Source of the DNA: Octopus vulgaris
Lineage: Eukaryota
Assembly: GCA_951406725.2 (NCBI GenBank)
Contig: OX597827.1
Location: 7,874,001 to 7,938,000 of the forward strand
Reading direction: 5' to 3'
Length of the DNA stretch: 64,000 nt
Below are positions 1 through 13,631 of the stretch, piece after piece. Below the pieces are notes generated by a model. That model did no database searches. It saw only the letters and a program-made list of their open reading frames with translations, and was not told where the DNA came from. The position numbers were made by a program, and so were the translations under genes. Numbering within the stretch: the stretch's first letter is position 1; the number at the start of each line of letters is the position of its first letter.

Positions 1-876
1 AAGCTCAAGAGTAAAGGTTATGACTCATATTAACTACAATCCATAACTAGCACTGAGTATTTTTTCTCCTGTTTACTGTCATAATTGTGCGTGTGTGTGT
101 GTGTGTATGTGTATGTGTCTATGTTTGTGTACATTATGTATGTGTGTGTATATGTTTCTGTGTGTGTGTGTAGGTATAGTATATCACATAGACGAACAGT
201 AGAAGCACTCAGCAGATGAGCTGCAGATACTTTAGTAGCAATAAACAATAGAAATGTTTAGTAGCTTATTAGTATTTAAGGTTTTGGTAACTTGTTAATA
301 ATGAATTCTTACCACTTGCAATCTGGTTTTATACTATATATATATATTATCTTAGTCCCTCTCTCTTTCTCCCTCTCACTGAATCTGTCATTCTCTTGTT
401 TAGAATGTATGTATATATGTATGTATTTAGATAAGTGTACATACACACATGCATACAAGTGCTTCTCAGAAAATTAGAATATGAAAGTATATTAAGGGGA
501 AATATTGTCAAAAGCTCCATACTTATACTTAAGAGATGCCTTGTCTCAGTCTGTGAACAATCTCAATAATTTTTACAATGATTTCAGATGTCAAGAATGC
601 AAATATTGACCTTTTAGCCATTTGCTGATTAAAAAAAGTCCTATTATATTTTTATAATTAAATATTATTAGGAACCGTATAAAAAGCTATTGGAATATTT
701 TGTGTGTTGTAGAAATATATCCAATTTATTGTACATAAATTTTAACAGCAAAATCTTCTGTAGACCTCCAGGGACCATGTGGACCCTAGCTGAGAACCAC
801 TGCTTTATATAGTTGTGTTTCTTTTTTTATTATATATATATATAATCATTTTATAAAAACTGTTGGTATTGCAGTC

Positions 877-1345
877 ATGGACAAGGCTTCTGATGACACA
901 GTTGTCCAAAAGTCTATCATTCACATTCTTTACAAAGAACGGAAGACAGAAAACTATTTGTTGAAAGCATCTCTTTAAAGCTTCATCTGGATAAACAGTG
1001 TGTGGAAGAAAGAAGTGTACCAATGAAGGAGACATGAAGAAAGCTGGTTTGACAATGTGAAAGAGAACCATGAAAAATTGACAAAGACAAGAGTTAGTGC
1101 ATCAAAGGCCACCACACAGATGGATTTTAAAAAAACCCAGAGGTACAGCAGTTGAGGCCTCTTCTTATCAATGGCCAGAGTCACAAGTAGTCGATATGGA
1201 CCAAGGAGAATTAGAAGCTGAATGTTGAGCAATTGTCTAAAGTGTTGTTTTCTGATGAGAGCAAAATTTGAATCTCCTTTGGAAAGCAAAGTGGTGGAGT
1301 TTAGAGAAGAATTAGAGATGCACAAATCCCAGCTCTCTGAAATTT
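877..1345 (+). mobile_element. Decayed Tc1-family transposase 5' region
   Basis: Manual translation across frameshifts gives MDKASDDTVVQKSIIHILYKE..., CGRKKCT, VSASKATT and FSDESK, resembling the Tc1 N-terminal HTH region and first catalytic-D motif (FSDES); several stops and frameshifts. Confidence 0.75.
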
Positions 1346-2938
1346 CCTTAATTATTCCATTCATAATAGATTGTGAACATTTTAAACTATTATATAACAC
1401 ATTTTAAACTGTTACATAACTTAACCATCAATTTGGGGAGGAAAAGCTATAAACAAAAACTAATTTTTGTTTAGATTTACGATTCAGCCTGTATTAATGA
1501 ACACCTATCCAAACAAAATTGCAAACATGCATAACACAAATACATATACACAAATATGCATACACACACACACACACACACATATATCCATATCTATATC
1601 CTTATACAATTCAGTTATACTTCAACTCATTTTAAATATATAAAAATAAATCATTTTTTCAGCCTTTGGTTTAACTAGTTAATTTAAGTAGATTTGATAC
1701 CTTTTTTTGTTGAGTTCGTGCTGTGCTTGAAAGTAATGTTTTAGAGGACCTTAGCTATGAAAAAAATCAGAACCATAAAATATTAATCCTATATGTAAAT
1801 ATGGAGATAGAGAGAAAGAGAGAGAGGGAGAGAGACAGGTGCATGTTTGTGTGCATGTGTATTTAAGGTGTTCCTATGTGAGTGTCATATCACATCCCAT
1901 ATTCTATTTAGTTAATTAGGATATCATCAAAGATGCAGTTAAGGATTGCTCATCCATACATTGTATTTGGATAGTAACTAAGAGCATTGAATCATGTAAC
2001 AACAGTGTCACACAATTTTCAGTCCCTTTTGTATGGTTATCTATACATTTTCTTCTTGGAATCAAAGGTTCATACCTCTCCTCACTCCCACACACAAGCA
2101 TGCATGCACACTCAACTGGAGAAAAATATCCAGATTTATAATTCAATTATTATTTAAATATTCCATAAAATATGTACTTCTTTCATCTCCACAAATAAGT
2201 GGAGGTTTAATCTCCATTCAAGTATAATAAATAATTTACCTAACTTGATTAACATCTGCCTTCTGTAAATTTATAAAGTATAAAAATTGCGATGGAGGAT
2301 AAACAAAATATATTAAGTTTAACTGTAAACAGCTGAACTTATTACCAATACTAACGAGACCATGAATCGGTCTCACAATAATTCATATATTGTCTAACGA
2401 TAATGTAATTAAATTTTAGTAGATGCTCAGTTCCGGTCTGGTTCCTAGTATTTTTCTTTCAATTTAGAAGTGATATGAATTGGTTCACCAACAGGAAGCA
2501 GAATAGTGTAATACTTTGGACAGTGCCCTCTGGTGGAGACTACTGCCAATAAGACTGAGACAAGGGAAATCAGCTTTATAAACATTAATTCCTCATGTGC
2601 ATCAGTAGATTATTGTTGTTTTCCTTTTTTGCTATCTCAATGCTTACTTTATTTAACGTCAATCCTCACTGGTCATGTACCTTTCTGGAGGGATGACATA
2701 ATCCATTTCCCCTCACATTCATACATACATGTACATCTATTCATGCATACCATATACGTATATCAATATTATTAATATATATATGCAAATATATGGATAT
2801 ATGTGTAGATGTGCATGTGTGAGTATATGCATATATATATGTGTGTGTGTGTGTGTGTGTATATTAATGTATATGTATGTATACATATACATTTAAATAC
2901 ATATATGTATATGAATGTATATATATATATACATATTT

Positions 2939-2984
<46 letters not shown>

Positions 2985-2987
<3 letters not shown>

Positions 2988-3099
2988 CCTGCTCGCAGCC
3001 AGCGGGGTGGCGTTATTTGAAGGCTAAAACAATGCGAAGTGCATTGTGACCAGCGATGTGTAGCAACATCTGATAGCGTGGTCGATCACGGTGATCACA

Positions 3100-3104
<5 letters not shown>
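2985..3104 (+). mobile_element. GC-rich retroposon 3'-tail fragment embedded in (TA)n
   Basis: About 120-bp GC-rich island with (TA)n on both sides, ending GATCACGGTGATCACAGTGA; family assignment is by recall only. Confidence 0.4.
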
Positions 3105-3155
<51 letters not shown>

Positions 3156-4026
3156 TTTATGAAAACAATTTTACATTAATCTGATGGGTTACTCTATACT
3201 TTTGTAGAGTACAATTTATTATTCTTATAAACTTCAAAGTCACATTCGATACCATTCTTGTATAAGAATAATGTGAGTGTGTGTGTGTGTGTGTATTACT
3301 TGTACATTAAGGGAGAAATATGAACAGTATAAATAGTATTCAAATTACTTAGTTTTAAAAATAAAAGCTGAAATTAGAATTATAGTAAGGAACAGAAATA
3401 CAGTTATGATTGTGTTTATGGATATATTGATTAAGTTTCTGTTTAGAAGATAGGATTGGAATTAGATTAGATTCCAAGTTTTGGGTATTGGAATTTGTAA
3501 TATTTAAAGAACTATTTAGTTGCAGTAGAAAATTTAATTCTTGTTTATATTTAAAAATTTAAGTTTCAGAAAAGTGCTTCCAGGTTAACTACAAACATTT
3601 TGGAATGAAATCATTACATATTATGTTTGACGTTTATTTAATTTTACACAAAGTAATTTAAATACAAGCAATAATTCCTATAGTTATTGTGAATCAAATC
3701 TAATTTTCTATCAAAACTAGTGTTTTTTTACTTTGTTTACTTTGTCTTTATAGATGATTGCTTGGTTCCTATTACCTTACAAAATGTATCTTGCCAGATA
3801 TAAATGAAAATGCATTACAATATATTGTTTGGAAACATGTATGGATGATATTAGTATGACACATAAACAAATATATGTATTATATATATCCATTCTTGCT
3901 TATATATGTGCATGTACATGTTTGTGTATATGGAAGGGGAGAGAGAGAGAGAGAGATAGAGATTGAAAAAGATTCTTTAGTTTTTGAGTTATGCATTTCT
4001 AACAGATATTATTTATCATCATCATC

Positions 4027-4035
4027 AGTAGTAGC

Positions 4036-4104
<69 letters not shown>
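4027..4104 (+). repeat. (GTA)n microsatellite
   Basis: Directly visible. Confidence 0.95.
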
Positions 4105-4106
<2 letters not shown>

Positions 4107-4796
4107 CAGCGATGGTGGTAGTGGTGGCGGTGGTGAAATTTTAGTAATAAAAAATCATTATAACTGTTTTAATTTTCTTCCTTTTTTTTTTTCTTGGAAG
4201 AATTTCATCACTCATTGAACAATTGCAAATTTATATAGCCCGCTACTCATTTCAAAAAGCTCACACGAATACATACACACACACAAGAGCTCACATACAA
4301 ATACATAATAATAACTACATATATATGTAAGCAAAAATAAACAAAAACTACAAATATTGAATCCATTTTCATAAACATTAACAAAAACACAAAAAAATTA
4401 TTTGTGATTATCTTTTTTCTGTAACTTCCAGAATATATAACAATTTAATTTCAGTGAGATGGGAGCCTGTTAATATTTGGAACGATGCCCTGTATTAAGT
4501 TGATAATGTCTTAAACTTCATTGAACCGACATTATTTCTAGAAATCAATTACATTGTTCCTTATATCAAGAATTGAAAGCATAAGCAACTGCAACGTGAA
4601 ACAAATGAAGTTTTCTTAGATAAATGTTGAAGGTCAATAAATTTGAAATAGTTTCATTGAATTTCCTTTGAATCCTTATTGTTCTACACAAAAAAAAAGA
4701 AAAAAAAAAACTGAAGAGGTAAACACAACCTGAAATGGAATGGAGTTGCCTAATATACATTTGTATGTGTGTGTGTGTATGTGTGTGTGCACATGC

Positions 4797-4918
4797 ATAC
4801 ATACATACATACATACATACATACATACATACATACATACATACATACATACATACATACATACATACATACATACATACATACATACATACATACATGC
4901 ATGCATACATACATACAT
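4797..4918 (+). repeat. (TACA)n microsatellite
   Basis: Directly visible. Confidence 0.95.
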
Positions 4919-5218
4919 ATGTGTATATGAGATATATATATATATATATGATCCTGAAGCATGCGTGTCTCTAGATGCAGGCCTGGCTTCTGGGGGTGTT
5001 TGTCTCCCCTTCGTAAATGTATATAAGGTCACAGGAAAAATGTGTCGGAGCCATCAGAAAGTGTCAATGCTTCCTAGGGCTAAACAGCGGTGGTGTAACC
5101 CCCTACTGTCACGTTCACGTTAGATTGACAGTATACAACCATTCTATATATATACTTACATATATATATATATATATATATATCATATGTTTATATATGA
5201 TGTGTATATACATATATT

Positions 5219-5284
<66 letters not shown>

Positions 5285-5336
5285 CTCTAGCATGGCCACA
5301 GGTCTGAGCTGAAACTACAAAGAAAATATATGTGTG

Positions 5337-5376
<40 letters not shown>

Positions 5377-6880
5377 GAGTGTGTGTGTGTGATATAGATT
5401 ATCTAATCCAGGTACTACTCTTCAGATTTACAGGAGCAGTTGAGGGATGCATGAAGTAAAATTAAGTGTGACGATCATGTCTTTCATAAGGGCATTAGCA
5501 GCAACAGTGAAACAAAAATCAAAATTTTTTCTTAAAATATCTGCAGGGTTGGGTTAACTGATTTCAGACAAAAGAATGTTTTGAATTGATTTCTTGAGGT
5601 AATTAGCGAAAATTAAAGAATTTGTGTGTGTGTGTGTGTGTATAGACATATATATGCAGAGATAGGTAAACAGATAAATATAACTATAAATGCAAATACA
5701 TATGTGTTTTGTGCTGGGTGTGTAGGTTTGTATATGTATGTATATGTGTGTTGCAGATTACATTAATTGTATACCTCAGTTATACATCTGCGATTTGTGG
5801 AGTGTAGCTGAGAAAGTGTTTACATTCTAATATGTTTTCACATAAAAATAAGAACAACAAAACAGAAATTCACCTTAATTGCATGGGGAATGGAGAAGAT
5901 AAACTAATTCAAAGTCATAAATCTTTTCATTTTTTTTTTTCTCTTTACCATAAAAACAGATAAAAATCTGTCTGGCTTGAATTAAACCCAGCCTCAGTTT
6001 GAATTAAAAAATAAAATTCCAGTTTTCAACACAATGATGGTATTAAGCAAGAATAATTTCTGAGACGGCTTCGTCGTCAGATTGTGACAAATAAATATAT
6101 ATATAATAGGTAAATAAATAAAACAAATGTAATATAATTAGAATAAAAGGAATATTTGTATCTTAGATCATAAGATCAATTATTTAATTATTTCTACAAA
6201 AATTGAAAAAAAGTGTTGAGTGTGTGTGCGTGTGTGTGTGCGTGTGTGTGTGCGTGTGTGTGTGCGTGTGTGTGTGCGTGTGTGTGTGTGTGTGTAAATA
6301 TACAAGAAGAAAACAAATTTGATTTTTCTGAATCTTTGAAATTTTATCATCATTTTCTTCTTCCTATTTTTTTTTTACTGTTTTTGCTTTACTTTCAAAC
6401 GTCTATTTTTCAAAATCTTTTCTTCATTTGTTTTATCTGCCACATGATAATTAAATATATATATAGGAAACAATAAAACGCTTCTGAAGTTATATAAATT
6501 TGTTATCAATGTATATGAGATTTACAAAAAAAAAAAAATGTATTAAAATCTTGCCTAAAATAATTTGATAAACGTCACATATAGATAATTGTTTAGAGGT
6601 CATCAGTAGATAAAAAAAAAAAGAGATGTACTGAGAGAGAGAGAGAGAGGCAGACAGAGAGAAAGAGGGAGACATGGAAACAGTGACAGATAGAGACATA
6701 AAGAATGAGAGAGTGAGAAAAGCAATACAAAATGTATATTTTTCAGCCAATAGGAGTTCCTTTGCTATAAAATATGAAAACAAATGCTCTAGGATAACAT
6801 TGGCAAAACATTTAAGAACACAAATTAATAATATATATAATACTACATCAAAATAGATGAGCTCATATCTATGAAAATGC

Positions 6881-6924
<44 letters not shown>

Positions 6925-7382
6925 GATAGATAAATATATATATACACATACACACACACATATATACATACATATATAAATATGTGTGGCTGTATATATA
7001 TATATATGTGTGTGTATATATACACACACACACACAAATACATAAGCACATAAAGATATACACATATAAACATAACTATATGTGTGTAAGTGTGTATATG
7101 TACACATATATGCATACAAGCCCTCACACTACCTAGATTTATAATTCTGCATTCATTACATTTATGGTTGTTTGTGTGTATGTGTGCATGTGGGTATGTG
7201 TATGTTTATGTATGTTTATATGTATGTGTGTATATATGCTCACTTAATTGGTTATGCATATACATAAAGATATATGAATATACATTTCATCTACATATGT
7301 TTATTTCTTTATATATAATAATTTATTCATACTTTCTTTCTGTATATAGTGATACTTGGAGAAGGCTAAAAAAGAAAAAAAG

Positions 7383-7384
<2 letters not shown>

Positions 7385-7465
<81 letters not shown>
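7385..7465 (+). repeat. (GATA)n microsatellite
   Basis: Directly visible. Confidence 0.95.
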
Positions 7466-7932
7466 GAAGGAAAAAGTAAATGAGAGTGACAGAGTGGGTT
7501 GTCTGGTTAAAAGCAGGAAGTGAAGTTATATGTATACATATAATATCTAATGAATAAATGAAGATATACTACATTGAAAACGATTCTTTGTTTCATGAAT
7601 AAAAGTCAATGATTTGGTTTTGATTTTTAAAAAAATATAAAACAGCTTTAGTATAAATATAAATAAATGTACATAGAACAACCTTTGTTTGGGATAAACA
7701 GCAGTGTATATGAAAAACAGCAGTACATAACTCTTTGCTGAAATGAATTTGAATTATTAATAAATCTGTATTAAAGACACATCTTCAACAGTTGCATTTT
7801 TTAATGATATCAAAACAATATAGCAAATTATCTCAAGCTAAAAATGATATCATTTTATGATTTCACAATTATCATGGATTACTACATAACAACAATGGAA
7901 AATGATTTTTTATATATATATATGTATAAATG

Positions 7933-8020
<88 letters not shown>

Positions 8021-8418
8021 ATTATATATATATACATATATACATACATATATATATAGATATATAGTCAAAACGAAAAAAAAACAAAAACAAAACAAAA
8101 CAAACAACGTTTATAAAGATATAATTTTTTCAGTTTTTTTTGTACGACATCTTGTCACCTGGGAGAAAGGCCCATTATATTTCATGAGGGTGGGGCTTTT
8201 TTTATACACACTGAATAGAATGAATTTTAAAGATCCCAAGAAGAAAGTAACATTTGTCTGTGTATGAATGTGTCTATGTGTATATACATACACACATACA
8301 TACAAATATATATATATATATATAAATACATATACATATATATTTTTATTTATATATTTTTACATATATACACATATATGTCTATATATACATATATATA
8401 TTTCAGTGTGTGAGAGAA

Positions 8419-8455
<37 letters not shown>

Positions 8456-9330
8456 TATAAATACATCTTATGTATGTGTATATATATACACCTATGTATG
8501 CATTTATGCATATTCTTATACATATATTTAGATATATATTTATATATTCATATATTCATATACATACAGACATATATACACACATACATGAAATATATAT
8601 CCAAACATGTGCATACACACACAAAACACACACACACAGCACATGCAACACACACATATGCACACGTATACATATATATGCATACATGTATACATTTATA
8701 CTTACATACATATATACATACACCTTTTTTTGAACAAAATGAGTCCCTTAATATAATATTTGGAATCTTTCATTATATATTTTTTTCATGATTTTTTTAA
8801 AGTGTTTAGTTATTTTAATGAAGTGGTAAAATTTGATACAATTTATGGCATTATGAATAATTTAAATAAATTGGAATAGTTTTGAGAGCTAGTAAAAATA
8901 TCTTTTTTTCCTTTTTTTTCCTCAGTTATCTGTGAATACCGTATTTGGTCAACTGTTGGGTTGCTAATATCGCATTTGTTTTATGAGAATTTCCGTGATA
9001 TGTAACTTAACATTTATTGACTTCTTTAATAAACATTTCAAAATTGTTTGATATATTAGAGTTCCACAGCCAAGTGGGGGGGTTTGTATATTATTTTTTT
9101 TTTTTATTCTTTCTCACATAGAACAGAAAATGGTCTTGAGCAAAGAATTTGACAATTCTTCATAATCAGGAGTTCCAGGAGTTAAGCAGAACATATGGAA
9201 TGGTTACAATAAATTGCATCTGTTATTCAACTTGTGACACTTCTGGAATTAATGTTTCTGTCAGGAATTGGTAGAGAGTTTTGGTACTATTTAATGGTGC
9301 CGTCAGTTATTTTTTGTAATGATGTCTTAC

Positions 9331-9369
9331 CTGTACTTGAGTGTAAAGTGGGCTCGTAGGAGGTTGAAC
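9331..9369 (-). CDS. Candidate 39-nt symmetric micro-exon of an unidentified gene
   Basis: Minus strand: ttcttgttttattttccag|GTTCAACC...AAGTACAG|gtaaga; strong acceptor and donor, length divisible by 3, no stop in any frame (e.g. VQPPTSPLYTQVQ). Confidence 0.4.
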
Positions 9370-9970
9370 CTGGAAAATAAAACAAGAAAATATCAACATC
9401 AATGTTAACATTCTTATTACAGTTAATCCAAGGAAGTTGAACAGTAAATACTAACTCACATCACAAAATGACTGAAGAAAAGAAGAAGTCTTTGACACTT
9501 TTGGTACCAACTTTTCTGGCTAATTCTTAGTTCTGCGACACAAGATTACTTATTTTAAACTATTTTAAACTATATAATTTTATGTAAGTATTTTACATTA
9601 AGTTTGTACTCCAAGCACCAGTTTAATAATGAAAAATATTAATCATTTCTCCATGTTTTTAATTATTTTCAACATTAATTGAAATACAGGCACATTAATG
9701 ACTGCATAAGAAGCTTGCTTTGCAGCCATGAGGTTTTGGGTTCAGTTCTTCTGTGCAGCATATCAGGTTTCTACTATACCTGAGGTCAACAAATGCTTTG
9801 TGAGTGAAATTCTTTGATAGAAAGTTTGTGGAAGTCCATCATAGACATGTGTGTGTGTGTTTCCTTGCATTTGTGATTACTCCACCCACACTACTCGACA
9901 GCTGATGTTGGTTTGTTTAGATCCCCATAACATAGCAGTTTTTGGTAAAAGAGACTAATAGAATTGGTAT

Positions 9971-10384
9971 TACTCTTTTACTCTTTTACTTGTTTCAGTC
10001 ATTTGACTGTGGCCATGCTGGAGCACCGCCTTTAATTGAGCAACTCGACCCCGGGACGTATTCTTTTGTAAGCCCAGTACTTATTCTATCGGTCTCTTTT
10101 TGCTGAACCGCTAAGTAACGGGGACATAAACACACCAGCATCGGTTGTCAAGCAATGCTAGAGGGACAAACACAGACACAGAAACACACACACGCATATA
10201 TATATATATATACATATATACGACGGGCTTCTTTCAGTTTCTGTCTACCAAATCCACTCACAAGGCTTTGGTCGGCCCGAGGCTATAGTAGAAGACACTT
10301 GCCCAAGGTGCCATGCAATGGGACTGAACCCGGAACCATGTGGTTGGTAAACAAGCTACTTACCACACAACCACTCCTGCGCCT
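9971..10384 (-). mobile_element. SINE family A (tRNA-like head, internal TA/TG microsatellite, (AAGAGTA)n-like tail), young copy nested in an older copy
   Basis: Near-identical to more than 8 other copies in the window; diverged + copy at about 9700-9968 resumes at about 10386-10430. Confidence 0.9.
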
Positions 10385-11361
10385 ATCAGACTGAAAAAAA
10401 GGTAAGTGCTGGGGTGGAGTTGATTGACTAAACCCTTAATGGGTTTAGTCTAATGAGTGAAATTAAAAGAGGATAAAAGGTTTTCTTTTGTTTGTAAAGT
10501 ATGTGCATAAAATGTGAAGAAATTTTGTCTTCATGCACACGTACATGTGTGTGTGTGTGTGTGTTACAACAAATAATAGAGATTAATAAATCCAGGCAGA
10601 TATCTTGTAAGCTCTCAGTGTTAAGCAAACTCGATTCACTACATCAAACAATCAGATACCAATAGATCCGAGTAGAATTAGCATTCACAGTATTTCCTCT
10701 GGTGTGACAAGTAAATCCAAAGATTACATGGAAGAATTTGAAGAAATCCAGAGCATATAACAAGAATGAACAAGAATGGAGAATATCACATCTTTATTTG
10801 AGGATTACATCATATATGGCCAAAGACTGTTTCTCTTGTGTAAGCAGTTTTAGACAGAGTAAAAGGTACAAAATACAAATGGATCCATATTGGATTGATT
10901 GTTAAATTCAATATATCTCAAATCTATATGAACACAATGTTATCAAAGCTTGAATTCAAAGTGAAGAGATAGAATGACTACAATACTTGAATGCAAGCAA
11001 AAAGTGGGTTAAGTATAAATATTATATGCTAAGAAAAGCCTGTTTAGTATTTAGGTAGGCTAAAAGTAAAATTTTTTTTATTAAATTAGAAAAAATTTGC
11101 TTGTTAAATGACTGGAAGAGTGATTATAATGAAAGTGCTATTTATTTTTTAAAAATTAAAAAAAATTTCGATATTTATGAGAACATTTCAATATAAGATT
11201 GGTTCTAGAATTAATAATTTTAATTTTGAAGTAATTATATAATACATTTCCTCAAGACAAAGATCATTTTAAAAATTACCACTTCAAATTCTAACTAATG
11301 TTGCCATCTTTCAAATACCAAATGCATCTTAGTAAATTTAGTATATATATATATATATATA

Positions 11362-11939
11362 TCATCATAATCATCATCATCATTTAATATCCGCTTTCCA
11401 TGCTGGCATGGGTTGGACGGTTTGACTGAGGACTGGTGAACCAGATGGCTGCACCAGGTTCAATCTGGTCTGGCAAAGTTTCTACAGCTGGATGCCCTTC
11501 CTAATACCAACCCCTCTAAGAGTGTAGTGGGTGCTTTTTACGTGCCACTGGCATGTCAGATAGGCCTGGCAATGACCATGCTCATACTCAAAAGGTGTTT
11601 TTATGTGCCACCTGCATGGGTGCCAGTCCGGCGGCACTGGCAATGACCATGCTCGAGTGTTGTTTTTCACGTGCCACCAGCACAGAAACCAATCCATGGC
11701 CCTGGCAACGATTACATTCAGATGTGCTTTTAACATCCCACTGGCATGAGTGCCAATCAGGTGGTACTGTCATTGGCCACGTCAGCAAGTTTGGTTTGTT
11801 TACATTTGCCTCAATAGATCTTCGCAAGCAAAATTCATTGTCCAATGAATGAGGGGTACTCATGAGTGGCCCGGCTACACCCCAGGTTTGGATGTGCTTT
11901 TAATGCTCCACTGGCACGAATGACAATCAGGTGGTACTG

Positions 11940-11947
<8 letters not shown>
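11362..11947 (-). mobile_element. SINE-like family C (internal GCCAGTGGCACGTAAAAAGCACC minisatellite, (GAT)n tail)
   Basis: Shared 3' block GGCGTTAGGAAGGGCATCCAGCTGTAGAAA...GGACGTTAAACGATGAT with other copies. Confidence 0.8.
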
Positions 11948-11988
<41 letters not shown>

Positions 11989-12250
11989 CTTAGTAAATAG
12001 AGCTATATAAATAAAACTATTTACACACACAAACTACAGAACAGTAAAGTTAACCCACAGCACCATTTCTCCAAAGATTTTCTGACGAAAAGGGTCCTAA
12101 CCCTGAAATATTGAAATACATGGTAAAAAGTACAAACCATTGCTTTGTATTATTTCTAACTTGAATTGTTTTGGCTTCATAAAAAAGTTTAAAACATTTA
12201 TATACATACATACATGTATGTATGCATGAATGTATGTATGTATGTATGTA

Positions 12251-12787
12251 TGGGAAGGCATAGCTATTGATCGTAGCAGGTGGAGAAGGATTGTGCATGA
12301 GGAGACAGCCACATTTGAGAAATCTCGAGTTGCACATGAGAAAGTAAGGAGGGATGTCAGGAAGGGCATCGCTGTTACACTTCCAGAAGGGAAGGGTCTT
12401 CCTTTGATTCTGACATGCAATGTCTGTGCAAGACCCTTCCTCAGTAAAGCTGGACTCATGAGTCATCTTCGTAGTCATAAAACGAGACAGATGAGTGACA
12501 ACCTGGCCACTGGTGGTGGTGTAACACACCATACTAATCATATCTGTCGGGCATGTGGAAGAGAGTGTAATTCGGCAGGACTTAAACGACATGCAAAGGT
12601 ACATGAAGCCCAGTTACAACTACAGCCGGCTATTACCAGTAAAGGTTTTAGTTGCCAATTCTGTACAAGACATTGTGGATCTTTAGCTGGGCTAAAAAGT
12701 CACATTCGATCACAGCACCAATAACAGTAAAGCATCGTGCAATGGCCATACTCGATAAAGAGGGGGCAGCCATGATAAAAAGAAAAT
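12251..12787 (+). mobile_element. 5'-truncated RTE-clade LINE 3' end encoding three C2H2 zinc fingers
   Basis: ORF 12230-12724: WEGIAIDRSRWRRIVHE (typical RTE post-RT 'WExxAxDRxxWR'), then CNVC..H..H, CRAC..H..H, CQFC..H..H; short 3' UTR ending ...GGGGCAGCCATGAT plus A-rich tail; (TGTA)n on both sides. Confidence 0.8.
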
Positions 12788-13631
12788 GCTTGTGTGCATG
12801 TATGTATGTATGTATGTATGTATGTATTATTTGTTTGTCCGTCTGTCTGTCTCTCTGTCTACATATATACACATGCAATATATATTTATGAAAGTAATTG
12901 TGTATTTATGTGTTATATATGCATTTATACATATATGTACACACACACACGTGTGTGTGTGTGTATTGTGGATGTATGTGAAATGAATATCATTGTGCTA
13001 TATAAATGAATGTCCTAGTTATCATAAAATTAACAGATACGCTATATCTATATCAATTCTAAATGAATAATTAGTGCTATTTCTTGTACAGCTATTAACT
13101 ATATCCTTGTTATCTGTTTTATGAAATACATCAATATTGAGGAGATAAATCAATAGTATAATACAAGTACTTTTATGAGAGGTATCTGTGTTTGTGAGTA
13201 TGTGTGTGTGTGTGTATATATACATGCATATACATATATGAATATATGATTATGTACGTGAGTATATTTACCTATGTATTTATAAGTTTATATGTATATT
13301 CATATACATTCACACACATACATATTTATAAGTAAATACATATTTATATGTAAATGTATGTGGATTATATGACTATATGGATGTAAACACACACACACAC
13401 GCACACATACACACACATATGCATGCACGTGTATGTATGTGCAAGTATTCGTTTTGGAGACAAAATCAGTATGATATTTACAACAAAGGATGGTGACAAC
13501 TAAAGAAAGGAAATACCAGAGACCTATCCAACTTCTACAAATATAGGAGAATGGATGTAAAGTCATCGGTAATAGTGGTGATGTACAAGGACTACTAAAT
13601 AGAAATAATAAATCATTGATAATGGCCACAT

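Noticed and set aside
805-1407. ORFs 805-1071, 975-1400 and 1222-1407 as host genes
   Set aside because: Off-frame or antisense readings of the decayed Tc1 transposase
4566-8791. Many YI/CV/HT/MYVC-rich ORFs
   Set aside because: Di- and tetranucleotide microsatellite translations
9040-9062. Partial resemblance to miR-190 (TGTTTGATATATTAG)
   Set aside because: Seed region absent and no hairpin partner arm seen
10155-10394. Recurrent ORF (..RRASFSFCLPNPLTR..EPGTMWLV..) that looks like a gene family
   Set aside because: Antisense translation of SINE family A; frames differ among copies
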